Below are positions 1 through 9,007 of a stretch of DNA of 32,000 nt, one piece after another. The first letter of the stretch is position 1, and every line of letters starts with the position of its first letter. The notes below the pieces were generated by a model. That model was not told where the DNA came from and did no database searches. It saw only the letters and a list, made by a program, of their open reading frames with translations. Source of the stretch: Nostoc punctiforme PCC 73102 (lineage in GTDB: Bacteria; Cyanobacteriota; Cyanobacteriia; Cyanobacteriales; Nostocaceae); NCBI RefSeq assembly GCF_000020025.1, contig NC_010628.1, forward strand, positions 6,360,001-6,392,000. The letters are read 5' to 3'. The translations under genes were made by a program, and so were the position numbers.

Positions 1-1
1 A

Positions 2-580
2 AAGGGAGAATTTCTGTTTATCACCGGGCCAAGCGGTTCTGGTAAATCAACGCTCTTAAAACTGTTGTATGGCCAGGAGTTGCCTACAGAGGGAGAAGTA
101 ATTGTTGATGAGTGTAATATAGCGGGTTTACGGGGCGATCGCTTGTCATTATTTCGGCGACAGATTGGCATTGTGTTTCAAGACTACAAACTGATTAGCC
201 AACGAACAGTAGCGGAAAATGTGACTTTTGTACTGCAAGCTCAAGGGTATACCCGTAAAGAAATTCAACGACGTTTAGAACCAACTTTAAAGCTGGTGGG
301 TTTGCTGAGTAAAGCTGATTGCTTCCCAGATCAACTATCTGGGGGAGAGCAACAACGGGTGAGTATTGCCCGTGCGATTGTTGGTACACCACCACTCCTG
401 TTAGCAGACGAGCCTACTGGGAATCTCGATCCTGATAATTCCTGGCAAGTAATCCAGATTCTCCAGAAGTTAAATTCTTTTGGAGCTACGGTAATTGTTA
501 CCACCCATGATGAACAATTGGTACGACGGTGCAATCATCCGGTAGTGCAAGTTATTAATGGACAGTTGTCTCGAAAATAG
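2..580 (+). CDS. ftsE: Cell-division-type ABC transporter ATP-binding protein FtsE; 5' end cut by window edge
   Basis: The frame is open from nt 2, upstream of the ORF-track Met at 65. [19 protein letters not shown] is a Walker A motif, [14 protein letters not shown] the ABC signature, [12 protein letters not shown] Walker B and TTHD the H-loop. There is no TM domain, and motif spacing fits FtsE-type ATPases. Confidence 0.85.
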   Translation, partial: KGEFLFITGPSGSGKSTLLKLLYGQELPTEGEVIVDECNIAGLRGDRLSLFRRQIGIVFQDYKLISQRTVAENVTFVLQAQGYTRKEIQRRLEPTLKLVGLLSKADCFPDQLSGGEQQRVSIARAIVGTPPLLLADEPTGNLDPDNSWQVIQILQKLNSFGATVIVTTHDEQLVRRCNHPVVQVINGQLSRK

Positions 581-593
581 TTATTTCTCATTA

Positions 594-630
594 GTCATTT
601 GCAAAGGACAAAGGACAAATGACAAATAAC
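594..630. repeat. STRR-like heptamer tandem repeat (AAAGGAC/AAATGAC units)
   Basis: The sequence gtcatttgcaaaggacaaaggacaaatgacaaataac shows 7-nt periodicity. Its complement family recurs at 11431-11460 and 11598-11620. Confidence 0.7.
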
Positions 631-1427
631 TAATAAACGTGATGCTTGACTTTTGCTGATATGGGTACAAAAGGTGCTGCTGTTTTAGGGGGTAGCACTT
701 GTAGGCGATGGTCTCCGACCGACTGGAGGCGATCGCAAGCTTGTAAACTTTTAAAAGCTGCCTCTCGAATCGCAACTTCTTCCTCTCGACTGAGTAAGAG
801 TTGCAAGCATTCGGCAACATCTTGCTGCACTGAAGAATCAACTCGCTGACGGCTGATGAATTTAGTTAGTTGACGTAGGGCAATCAACCGTTTCAATGGA
901 TCTTTGTCTGTTAAATTGACCAACAACCGATCGAGGTAATCTTCTTCTCGATTTTCATAGAAGTTAACAATTTGCCAGACTAATAAAATCAAAGTTAACA
1001 GGGTTCCCACGCCTTGGATAATAGCACCAGCTGCAATCCAGGAACTGTGAGAGTCAACCCAAATTGCAGCGGCCATATAAGTGCTGACAGTAGCAAGACC
1101 GCCACTAATGACTGCTAAGACTAATCGACGATTTGAACTGTTTAAGAATTTACGTATCTTAGACCAGTGCAATTGCCAGTCCCACTTCTGCATTGAGTAA
1201 ACTAATACCATTACCCCAATGCCCATTAAGAGAGCCAATAGCAGCATCCAGTTCCACAACAACATAGCAACGACGATTGTCAGGAACCCAAGAAAGCCTC
1301 CAGGCCCAGAGAAACGCTTAAATGTTTGCTGCTTTGTAGCTCCTTTTGTCTTGAACAATGGATGCGACCAGTTCCAGTTGGGGATCTGGTTGATCAATTG
1401 CTGCCAAGAAGACGAAGCCTGTGCCAC
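630..1427 (-). CDS. Hypothetical integral membrane protein with a C-terminal helical (HEAT-like) region
   Basis: A 265-aa ORF with a GTG start (cac at 1425-1427 on the plus strand). Hydrophobic helices include FLGFLTIVVAMLLWNWMLLLALLMGIGVMVLVY, LVLAVISGGLATVSTYMAAAIWV and IAAGAIIQGVGTLLTLILLVW. The soluble tail is LKRLIALRQLTKF...EVAIREAAFKSLQ. I recognise no named family. Confidence 0.6.
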   Translation of the reverse strand: MAQASSSWQQLINQIPNWNWSHPLFKTKGATKQQTFKRFSGPGGFLGFLTIVVAMLLWNWMLLLALLMGIGVMVLVYSMQKWDWQLHWSKIRKFLNSSNRRLVLAVISGGLATVSTYMAAAIWVDSHSSWIAAGAIIQGVGTLLTLILLVWQIVNFYENREEDYLDRLLVNLTDKDPLKRLIALRQLTKFISRQRVDSSVQQDVAECLQLLLSREEEVAIREAAFKSLQACDRLQSVGDHRLQVLPPKTAAPFVPISAKVKHHVY

Positions 1428-1606
1428 AGTGTTTACCTACTTGATTACGAAATTACCTATTGTATAAGTTTTACTAGGGAATGAAGAAAAGGTGAAGACC
1501 CAAACCACAAGATGCCTGCTTTGCATCAACAGATAGTAGACTAGTACAGCACGGCGGAAATAAAGATACCATTTTAGATGGCTCAGAGCAAGGGCATAAA
1601 GGCTTT

Positions 1607-2209
1607 TTAAAGGCAAAAATGAAAGTTGTCAATGGTGAATTGACCATCAAAAGCACAGAAGGTAACGCTATAGATGTTATTCACATTTATAGATAATAAG
1701 GTATTGGGGGAAATTGCTGAGTCTGAATTAGCAAGATTAGAGCCTGGTAGTGCAGTTTGACCGAGTAGTTGGCGATCGCGATCGTAAGCAGAAAGTACTA
1801 GCCGTTGAGAACTAGTGACAAAGGCACTAACTGAGTTAACCGGACGCAAGAAAGTAGCTTCTACAAATCCACTTTTGGGCGCTCCCATTAAAACTGTTAG
1901 CCCTGAATAGGTTGGAAATGCTGGATTTGATGGTTGTATTGCTAGAGAATTGTGAAAAATTACTCCCCAGCGTTCATACTGGCGCTCTACTGGTTCAAAA
2001 CACTTCAATTCTTCTAAGTCTAAAAATATACAAGTTGGTACACTAATTCTGGCAGCATCAATGGCTGACTCAACCTGATTCCTGCAAGCTGAAGCTTTAA
2101 TTTCATTTTGTATATTAAACTTGTCAAACGCAAATTCAGCGTCTTCAATCGTTGGTAGTTTATTTGATTGAAGAGTAGCCTGCTTTACCATGACATCCCG
2201 CCTTACCAT
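1607..2209 (-). CDS. Hypothetical protein
   Basis: A 200-aa ORF with an ATG at 2209 (alternative ATG at 2191). It does not overlap a better ORF and its composition is protein-like. I recognise no motif. Confidence 0.5.
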   Translation of the reverse strand: MVRRDVMVKQATLQSNKLPTIEDAEFAFDKFNIQNEIKASACRNQVESAIDAARISVPTCIFLDLEELKCFEPVERQYERWGVIFHNSLAIQPSNPAFPTYSGLTVLMGAPKSGFVEATFLRPVNSVSAFVTSSQRLVLSAYDRDRQLLGQTALPGSNLANSDSAISPNTLLSINVNNIYSVTFCAFDGQFTIDNFHFCL

Positions 2210-2661
2210 TACTTAGATAATAATCAGATTGGTTATACATCAAAAGCAATTTATTTTACATATAGAAGTAGAATAAATAGCCTATTAAAATAAGCGTTTC
2301 AACTGTTTTTAACGCTCAAAATTATTTATTAGTTTTTTGATAGATTACCATAAAAACTTATGCTGGATTTAGGCTTTAGTGATCCTCGCTACCATAAAAA
2401 ACCTTGTAAAACAGTAATTTCAAGGTGAATTTCCTTTTTATTGTGAAAAAAAATCACCAAATCTTTACAACTAATCCAGTAATTTTACATCTGCTTAATC
2501 TGACGGTGGTAAGAAGTATTAGAACAATTGATTCGCTGATAATAACAATGAGTGGAAGTTTGAACTAAACACGCAAGCATTCAGTGTAATTAAAAAGACA
2601 CAAGAGTGCAAAGACAGGATCAAAATTCTCTCTGCGTGTACCCGCATCACTACTTTCACTT

Positions 2662-3594
2662 ATGCCAACGAATGACTACAGGCAACAAAAAATACTTATG
2701 TTCCAACCACAAGGATTTGACCAACACTCTATAAATACCTCACTAGGTAGAATGGTGTATTATTCTGCTGATGGAGCGCCTTGGCAGACTAATGTAACTG
2801 CTAGAGATGATCGGGAAACTTTGGTGTTCTTGCACGGCTTTGGTGGCGGATCTTCTGCTTATGAGTGGTCGAAGGTTTATCCGGCTTTTGCCGCCGAATA
2901 TCGGATCATTGCACCCGATTTGATCGGTTGGGGTCGGTCTGAGCATCCGGCACGAAATTATAATATTGAGGATTATTTGACCACGATTCGGGAGTTTTTA
3001 CAGCAGACTTGTACTCGCCCAGTAACTGCGATCGCTTCTTCTTTGACCGCAGCATTTACAATTCGAGTAGCAGCAGCTCATCCTGATTTATTCAAGGCTT
3101 TAATTCTCACCACCCCCGCCGGACTTTCCGACTTTGGCGAAGACTACTCACGTAGTTTTTTTGCCCAGTTAATCAGTGTTCCTATTGTTGACCGTTTAAT
3201 TTACAGCACAGGGGTAGCCACCAGTGGGGGTATTCGTAGTTTCTTAGAGCAACGGCAATTTGCTAAGTCTAATCGAGTGTACCAAGAAATTGTAGATGCT
3301 TATTTGCAATCCGCCCAGCAGCCTAATGCTGAATATGCAGCACTATCCTTTGTCCGTGGCGATTTATGCTTTGATTTATCCCTTTACATTCAAGAATTAA
3401 CAACTCCCACCGCCATTATTTGGGGGCAAAAGTCAGAATTTACAGGGCCTTCAATTGGTCGCCGCCTTGCCGAAATTAATCCCCAAGCAATCCGGTTTTT
3501 TCAAGAGTTGGAAGATGTGGGGTTAACACCGCAGTTGGAATTGCCGGCAGTCACAATTGGGTTAATTCACCAATTTTTACCTTTGCTTAATTAG
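2662..3594 (+). CDS. Alpha/beta-fold hydrolase family protein
   Basis: LVFLHGFGGGSSAYEW (HG oxyanion loop) followed by IIAPDLIGWGRSEHP is typical of the alpha/beta hydrolase fold. The expected nucleophile elbow reads AIASSLTA rather than the canonical GxSxG. Confidence 0.8.
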   Translation: MPTNDYRQQKILMFQPQGFDQHSINTSLGRMVYYSADGAPWQTNVTARDDRETLVFLHGFGGGSSAYEWSKVYPAFAAEYRIIAPDLIGWGRSEHPARNYNIEDYLTTIREFLQQTCTRPVTAIASSLTAAFTIRVAAAHPDLFKALILTTPAGLSDFGEDYSRSFFAQLISVPIVDRLIYSTGVATSGGIRSFLEQRQFAKSNRVYQEIVDAYLQSAQQPNAEYAALSFVRGDLCFDLSLYIQELTTPTAIIWGQKSEFTGPSIGRRLAEINPQAIRFFQELEDVGLTPQLELPAVTIGLIHQFLPLLN

Positions 3595-3795
3595 TGGTTT
3601 TTTCATTAGTCCTAGCCCTGTCTATTACCATTTTGGATTTGAGATTTTGGATTGTAAAAAAGTTAGTGGATAAGCTTTTTTGGTAATCCATCCGTCGCAA
3701 TCATTTTTTAAATTGGTATATTTTTCTACCTTTATCTGTCAAGGCAGGGCGTTATCACGGCTACATGAGACTTTACCACCTTTACTTCTCTATAA

Positions 3796-3909
3796 GAGAA
3801 TGCTACGCGAATGTGGGTTAGCTTTTCATGATTTTTGCGTATGCAGACTTCGTTTGTGTTGTAGTGTACTCCTGCGGAGAAGCAAGCTACGCGTCAGCGT
3901 GCCGGAGGC
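3796..3909. repeat. Short dispersed repeat block (GAAGCAAGCTACGCG family)
   Basis: It contains gagaatgctacgcgaatg and ggagaagcaagctacgcgtcagcgtgccggaggc. Related copies lie at 11470-11590, 20132-20150 and 25151-25245. Confidence 0.65.
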
Positions 3910-4065
3910 TTTAATCGCGGTTTTTCTGACACATCTCGAAAAATTGATCGTCAGTTAAGTCGATTTTCAACTTGAGTGTAGAAGGTAAAGTGGTTCTGAC
4001 AGCATTCATAAGCTATCCTGAGCATCTTACTTTCTAGTTTAGTGCTGTGTGTGGTTGTGTGGGGT

Positions 4066-4073
4066 GCGATCGC
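4066..4073. repeat. HIP1 octamer GCGATCGC (one of many in the window)
   Basis: Exact GCGATCGC. Other exact copies include 135-142, 729-736, 1772-1779, 3028-3035, 4146-4153 and 11400-11407. Confidence 0.95.
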
Positions 4074-4145
4074 ATCAACATAAGTCGGCTTAGTATATAT
4101 GCAAAATTTTTAGTATAAAATTTTACTAATTAGGCTACTGTAGGA

Positions 4146-4153
4146 GCGATCGC
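4146..4153. repeat. HIP1 octamer GCGATCGC
   Basis: Exact GCGATCGC, 13 nt from the stop of the AT-rich PD-(D/E)XK ORF. Confidence 0.95.
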
Positions 4154-4165
4154 TAAATTTTATCT

Positions 4166-5374
4166 TCAGGATTCAGGATGAACGGAGATATCTTTACAGA
4201 TTATCTCATCTATATTTGTATTAATTATATTCTCGATAATTACAAAGTCATTTTTAATAAAGTGCCGCCAAAATTCCTCTACTTTATTCATTAATTCCTC
4301 AAGATCAGCATCTTCATAATCTTTAGGCTTAAGAATAGGTTTTGTATAAATAGTTGTCCATTGTGCTGTTAAAGGTTTCTTCTTAAAAAGAGGTAGATTT
4401 TTTTGGGATATTTTATATATTTTTTCGCGTATGGATTTATCCTCATTAGGGCAAATTAGCATTCTTATTATTAACTCTTGAGGAGAATTTTCAAATTGCA
4501 AATGCAGATTTAATTTATTCTCTTCCCATCTTTTAGGGATAATGCCTATGTATCCCTTACTCCAAAAATGTACAGTTATTTCTTTAGAGTCAGTCTCTCG
4601 AATTAGTAATTCATGAATTTTTGTAGCAATTTCTGATTGTAAGTCTGGACGATGCTCAAAAATTAAATCCAGAGCTTGTTTATGCTTAGTGTATATTTTA
4701 CGGCAGAGTTCGGCGACTTCTGAATCACTCACAATATGTCTCCTAATTAATGTAGAATAATGACTCATTAATGTGTAAATATCTGTACCAAGTGTAGATT
4801 CATAACTTATACAAATACTATCGATTATCTCAGCTATTTTAGAATAGTTATATATTCTCCAATTTTTTTGAGAAGGTAACTCACCTACTGGTGTTAAATA
4901 AATTAAAATTGCTCGACAATCTTTAAATTCTTCCTTAACAGTCCTTTGATATTTTATTAATTGATCTATACTTTCTCCAGCGTCAATTTTATTTTCTATC
5001 GCACATACTAGTTTATTGCGCGGAGAGTGAATGAGAATATCAATATTCTGCCACTCACGTCTAACATCAGCATCTGTAAAATCAGCTATATCGATATCAA
5101 CGGGACTAACTTTTGTATATTTTTCGTCTGTAGGCTCGTACTCTTCTAACAGCACTCGCTTAAGAAATCGCTTGAGGAAAATATCATCAAGCCTATGGTT
5201 TTCAGATGGATTTAACAGAAATGCTAAAAAATTTGAATGACGTAATTCTTGACGTACTACACCAATCGCTTCAAAAATATTAAACTGAGCGAGTTTTGAT
5301 TCTAGCTTTTCTAAGTCTTCATTCTCAACAATCAAACTTTCTAGCAATGCTCGTTCTGTTTCAGGGGTTGTCAT
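4166..5374 (-). CDS. PD-(D/E)XK nuclease superfamily protein (PDDEXK_4-like N-terminal region)
   Basis: FNIFEAIGVVRQELRHSNFLAFLLNPSENHRLDDIFLKRFL, followed by NIDILIHSPRNKLVCAIENKIDAGESIDQLIKYQ (a D...E-x-K core), matches my memory of this nuclease family. I prefer the ATG at 5374 (MTTPETERALL) over the TTG at 5428 given by the ORF track. The gene is strongly AT-rich. Confidence 0.75.
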   Translation of the reverse strand: MTTPETERALLESLIVENEDLEKLESKLAQFNIFEAIGVVRQELRHSNFLAFLLNPSENHRLDDIFLKRFLKRVLLEEYEPTDEKYTKVSPVDIDIADFTDADVRREWQNIDILIHSPRNKLVCAIENKIDAGESIDQLIKYQRTVKEEFKDCRAILIYLTPVGELPSQKNWRIYNYSKIAEIIDSICISYESTLGTDIYTLMSHYSTLIRRHIVSDSEVAELCRKIYTKHKQALDLIFEHRPDLQSEIATKIHELLIRETDSKEITVHFWSKGYIGIIPKRWEENKLNLHLQFENSPQELIIRMLICPNEDKSIREKIYKISQKNLPLFKKKPLTAQWTTIYTKPILKPKDYEDADLEELMNKVEEFWRHFIKNDFVIIENIINTNIDEIICKDISVHPES

Positions 5375-5516
5375 TACTAATGAATTTTTCCTGGGACGAC
5401 AGTTGTATTGTTCCCATAAATTCAGCAATAATTACTCTTGTAGGACAAAATTAAGATAGAAACAAGGGTTTTCACAAGAGCAAAATTTTAAATTTTTAAT
5501 TAGACGACAGCAACGT

Positions 5517-6161
5517 TCAACCCGCTTCAATTAAGCTTCGTTCAGGTAGCGTGACTCCGTTAAATAAACAGTAGTGCAAATCAACCCCAGTTAAGTCTAC
5601 TTCGGTGAAATCAACGTCAATTAAATCAGTTTTACACAAAATAGCTTTGGTGAGACTGGCATGACTCAGGTCTGTATTGCTCAATTTTGTGCCAGTCAGA
5701 TTTGCACCACTGAGATTTGCTCCAGCCAAGTTTACACCATTGAGGTTAGCATAGCGCAAGTCTGCTCCAGCCAAGTTTGCATTACTGAGGTCAGCATCAT
5801 GCAAGTCTGCTAAACGCAGGTCTGCTTTCATCAGTGAAGCCTTATGCAAGTCCACCTTCCTAAGAGTTGCCCGAATCAGATTAGCAGCCTTGAGATTTGC
5901 TAATATCAGATTTGAGCCACTTAGATCGGTTCTCCATAAAGTCGCCGCAGTCAAATTTGCTTCAATTAAGTTTGCTCCGCGCAGGTTAGTCTGTGATAAA
6001 GTCGCGTTAGCCAAGTTAGATTGATTCAAGTTGATTCCAGCTAAACACACCTCGCTGAGGTTAACTAAGTGCAGGCTTACTTGAGTGAAATTTCTCTCTC
6101 CTGCACAATAGCGTTTGAGAAGTTCATTAGCATCCATACAGCCTGCCTTCCAAATTTCCAT
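5517..6161 (-). CDS. Pentapeptide-repeat protein
   Basis: About 35 consecutive A(D/N)LxX pentads (ANLSGANLTGTKLSNTDLSHASL...). The ATG at 6161 is preceded by AGGTGA. An alternative Met lies at 6137. Confidence 0.9.
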   Translation of the reverse strand: MEIWKAGCMDANELLKRYCAGERNFTQVSLHLVNLSEVCLAGINLNQSNLANATLSQTNLRGANLIEANLTAATLWRTDLSGSNLILANLKAANLIRATLRKVDLHKASLMKADLRLADLHDADLSNANLAGADLRYANLNGVNLAGANLSGANLTGTKLSNTDLSHASLTKAILCKTDLIDVDFTEVDLTGVDLHYCLFNGVTLPERSLIEAG

Positions 6162-6302
6162 TTTTCACCTGAAAATTACAGTATCTAATCAATAATTTCT
6201 GAAAATACTTCTTATTAAGAGACTTTTAAAACTTCGCACCAAGATTAAAATTATTTAACAATCTTTTACAATATTGCCGATGAGACTGGTTGCTTTCCAA
6301 TA

Positions 6303-6372
6303 CTTAAGCGTGGTGAGATGGTGATGTCTAGGGCGGGCTACACCCACGCTCTTTCACTCATCCACGCTTAAG
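6303..6372 (-). terminator. Long-range stem-loop 3' of the OCP gene (possible terminator or stabiliser; the loop carries a dispersed-repeat core)
   Basis: cttaagcgtgg (6303-6313) pairs perfectly with ccacgcttaag (6362-6372). The stem extends through tgag/ctca with one bulge. The 39-nt loop contains ggcgggctacacccacgc. No U-tract follows on the minus strand. Confidence 0.3.
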
Positions 6373-6390
6373 CAGCGACTAATCTAGCTT

Positions 6391-7353
6391 TTACTTACGT
6401 ACTAGGTTCAGCAGTTCTTTAGGAGAAGCAAGCAAGTCAATCGCTACGAAGAAAATTTTGCCTTGGGGATCGAGCAAAAATCGCCATGCAATATTCATAC
6501 CTACACTCGCACCGAACCAAGGGGTTTGGACTTTGCCGGTGACTTTAACTTGGGTATAGCCATCTTCTACTGGCTCGGATATACCACGCTCTGGTATCAT
6601 TTTTAATCCCTGGCATTCTTCACGCATATAAGCGCGGATTGCATCTTGACCAATAATCGGTCTTTCAAAGGGAGGTTGCAAACCACCTTCAGAGGTGAAC
6701 AGAGCAACAGCAGCGTCAAAGTCATTGGCATTCATGTTGTTGATATAGCCAAGCACTGTAGGGTTGTTGATACCCTCAATGCTGACTTTAGTCCGAAATG
6801 CCGGTGCTGTGGGTGGAGCCACAGGTTCTGAGACCTTTTTGTAACTACCGGGAGCATTCGGGTCAAATCCCATGCTCACTACGGTATTGCGGAGAATTGT
6901 GATTTGTTGACCTGAATCAGCATTTCTGATTGCTTCTAACACATCAGCAGCCTTGGGAGAAAGCTTGTAGCCTTCTGGAATAGGAGCAACGATTCCCTGA
7001 GCCATCCATTCTCCTAACTGGTACCAAAAGCCCAACTTGATGTTTACGGTGAAGGATGCATAAGAACGGCAGAGGGGAGTGTCAGCACGATTAGCTAAAT
7101 CATACATGACTCGTGTTTGAGCCTCGAAAGGCATCTGCTTAATTTGTTCAAGTAAGCCTTGTGCGAGTACCATGTTAGCTGCTCCGGGAGCGGCAACCGT
7201 AATACTTCTACCCATCTCGGTATAAGCAAACCAGAGTAATGCTAGTTGATCTTCAGCATTGAGTTGAGAGAATGATTCGACAACAGTTGGAACAACGTCA
7301 GCAACTAGCGTGCCGGGAAAAATACTTTGAGCCGACTTGATGGTAAAAGACAT
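6391..7353 (-). CDS. ocp: Orange carotenoid protein, full length (NTD + linker + NTF2-like CTD)
   Basis: Near-colinear with the Synechocystis OCP sequence as I recall it: FSQLNAEDQLAL.WFAY.EMG, DTPLCR.YAS, NIKLGFWY.LGE, QITILRN (Arg155 equivalent), TVLGYINNMNANDF (Tyr201 equivalent), GMNIAWRFLL (Trp288 equivalent) and FFVAIDLLASPKELLN. Confidence 0.95.
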   Translation of the reverse strand: MSFTIKSAQSIFPGTLVADVVPTVVESFSQLNAEDQLALLWFAYTEMGRSITVAAPGAANMVLAQGLLEQIKQMPFEAQTRVMYDLANRADTPLCRSYASFTVNIKLGFWYQLGEWMAQGIVAPIPEGYKLSPKAADVLEAIRNADSGQQITILRNTVVSMGFDPNAPGSYKKVSEPVAPPTAPAFRTKVSIEGINNPTVLGYINNMNANDFDAAVALFTSEGGLQPPFERPIIGQDAIRAYMREECQGLKMIPERGISEPVEDGYTQVKVTGKVQTPWFGASVGMNIAWRFLLDPQGKIFFVAIDLLASPKELLNLVRK

Positions 7354-7464
7354 AGCAGACGTTCCCTAAAAAAATTACAGTTCTATCGAATGTGAAAATT
7401 AAATGTGCAAAGACAGAGGGGAAATGCGTTTAGCTGTTGATAAAGGTACTCAGCATTCTTTGTA

Positions 7465-7490
7465 TAGGTGTAGTCCATCGTGGACATCGC
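7465..7490. repeat. Short dispersed repeat (GCGTAGCCCGTCGTAGACATCGC family), degenerate copy
   Basis: ataggtgtagtccatcgtggacatcgc; compare 7726-7754, 13949-13972, 16787-16815 and 17007-17039. Confidence 0.6.
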
Positions 7491-7725
7491 TTTACCAAAG
7501 ATATTGCGAGAGTAACTACATAGTTATTTAGAAAACTATGGTTAGTAGTGATTTAACGCATTTATCTTGCTTTTGTATCTTTATGTAAAGAAACATAACA
7601 ATTTCGTTACAAATAAGCAATACTTCCTCAGCTATAAAATGATAATTTTTGTTTATGTAAATGATAAGTTTTACTGAAGTTACATTAAAGGCAATTAATG
7701 CTTTTGTGTGTATTCATTCACAAGA

Positions 7726-7754
7726 GCATAGGCGTAGCCCATCGTACACATCAC
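7726..7754. repeat. Short dispersed repeat (GCGTAGCCCGTCGTAGACATCGC family)
   Basis: gcataggcgtagcccatcgtacacatcac. Confidence 0.7.
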
Positions 7755-7962
7755 ACGTCTCTAGACTTATCAAAGTTACGCAAACAATCTTTTACCAAAC
7801 CTATTGTGCTGTCGTACACATCTTTTATCTTTTGGCATGAATCCAAAAGACCCTACCTGCTTAGTGCGGTTGTTACTACCTTTTTTGCCGTGTCAAGTAC
7901 TTGCAAAAAATATTAACAATAAGTTACATTCATTTACAGAACACAACAATAAAAAGTAAAAG

Positions 7963-8175
7963 ATGACAAACAAAGGCTTTACTATTAACGAACGCGGTCA
8001 ACTCAACAGATTTGCAATTGAACCCAAAATTTATGTTGATGAAACCCCACGGATAGGCTTCACCGAATATGCCGAAAAACTCAATGGTCGTTTGGCAATG
8101 ATTGGTTTTATCTCACTCATCGCGTTGGAAGTTTTCACCGGAAACGGTTTGATTGGATGGCTAACTAGTTTTTAG
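7963..8175 (+). CDS. hli: High-light-inducible protein (HLIP/CAB-ELIP-HLIP family, single helix)
   Basis: A 70-aa product carrying the chlorophyll-binding motif EYAEKLNGRLAMIGFISLIALEVFTG (ExxNGRxAMxG). Confidence 0.9.
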   Translation: MTNKGFTINERGQLNRFAIEPKIYVDETPRIGFTEYAEKLNGRLAMIGFISLIALEVFTGNGLIGWLTSF

Positions 8176-8239
8176 AGAACACACTTCAGATTTACGAATT
8201 TTCTCCAGTTGACAAATAAAACAATTTAAAGGCAAACTT

Positions 8240-8479
8240 ATGAAAACTGATTTTGATTACCCCAAAAAAGATTTGATTGGAACAGTCGTTTTTAGACCTG
8301 ATTTCAACAACTTTGAGACCATCAATGCAAATCAAGCGTGGTCATTGTTTTTCAGTGGCGGTCAAGATGACAAGGGACTGGGACAAGAAATTGAATTCGG
8401 CAGATTTTTCACTAATCTCTTAATCGCTATTGGAGTAACTGGAATGCTTTGGGCGATTTATTTCACTCAATTAGGATGA
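8240..8479 (+). CDS. Small hypothetical membrane protein (one C-terminal TM helix)
   Basis: A 79-aa ORF 64 nt downstream of hli on the same strand. AAAGG lies upstream of the ATG. The C-terminal helix is FFTNLLIAIGVTGMLWAIYFTQL. Confidence 0.5.
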   Translation: MKTDFDYPKKDLIGTVVFRPDFNNFETINANQAWSLFFSGGQDDKGLGQEIEFGRFFTNLLIAIGVTGMLWAIYFTQLG

Positions 8480-8645
8480 ACAAGTTTGTTCATTTTACTA
8501 GTAACTTCAATAGAGGTCTTGGATTTGGATACCAGGACTTATTTTCACTATCCAATATGCCTAAAAAAGTCTCTTTAGCTTTGGAAAAAATTCGATGTTG
8601 ATTGGATTTATAAAGCTTCCTAATTTGTCACGGTATTGTGGATAC

Positions 8646-8855
8646 ATGGGTTTAGAAGTAGCAGAAATTGTTTCCAAACATCTTGCAGTTCAAAGTAAAA
8701 CCTATGTAATTCAAAATAGAAGAATATTGATCAATCAACTTTTAAAGTCTGGTCTAGATTCTCATACAGCAAATCGAACTGTTACTGTACTTGTATCAAG
8801 CCCGGTTTTACAACTGACCAATAAAAACCAGTTGGCCATTAATTGCAGGCGATAG
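8646..8855 (+). CDS. Hypothetical small protein (doubtful)
   Basis: The ORF is open from 8595, with an internal ATG at 8646 (MGLEVAEIVSKH...). It is followed 40 nt later by a strong intrinsic terminator. No family is recognised and it is AT-rich. Confidence 0.3.
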   Translation: MGLEVAEIVSKHLAVQSKTYVIQNRRILINQLLKSGLDSHTANRTVTVLVSSPVLQLTNKNQLAINCRR

Positions 8856-8895
8856 TAACTATAAAGTCATTACATAACGATATAATTTTTATTTG

Positions 8896-8938
8896 AATTC
8901 GTAATGTAGCACAAATCTGCTACATTACGAATTTTATT
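8896..8938 (+). terminator. Rho-independent terminator
   Basis: A perfect 16-bp stem, aattcgtaatgtagca (8896-8911) with tgctacattacgaatt (8918-8933), has a 6-nt loop and is followed by TTATT. Confidence 0.7.
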
Positions 8939-9007
8939 GCATTTCTTTCAGATGACTAAATAAGAATTTTAGTTACAGCGTATTTCAGGTAAATGAAGTA
9001 CACAGGT

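Noticed and set aside
590-630. Heptamer and inverted-heptamer repeats considered as possible CRISPR arrays (also 10831-10900 and 26731-26810)
   Set aside because: The repeat unit is 7 nt with no unique spacers, and no cas genes are present. These are STRR-type tandem repeats, not CRISPR.
1474-1656. 60-aa minus-strand ORF between the membrane protein and the hypothetical gene
   Set aside because: It is short, overlaps the 3' end of the 1607-2209 ORF and has no recognisable features.
3680-3958. 92-aa plus-strand ORF in the spacer after the alpha/beta hydrolase gene
   Set aside because: It is assembled largely from dispersed-repeat sequence (GCTACGCG blocks). The product is Cys/Leu/Arg-rich and low in complexity, and it has no convincing RBS. 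I treat it as a repeat-generated artefact.
6162-6390. Search for an frp (fluorescence recovery protein) gene downstream of OCP
   Set aside because: The gap is 229 nt and contains a long stem-loop with a repeat core. No ORF of adequate length exists on the minus strand.
7580-7661. Direct repeat TTTATGTAAA (7580-7589 and 7652-7661) and a GTA-N8-TAA near-NtcA site in the OCP/hli divergent region
   Set aside because: A 10-mer recurring once in ~600 bp of very AT-rich DNA is not clearly above chance. The NtcA-like site lacks the TAC half.
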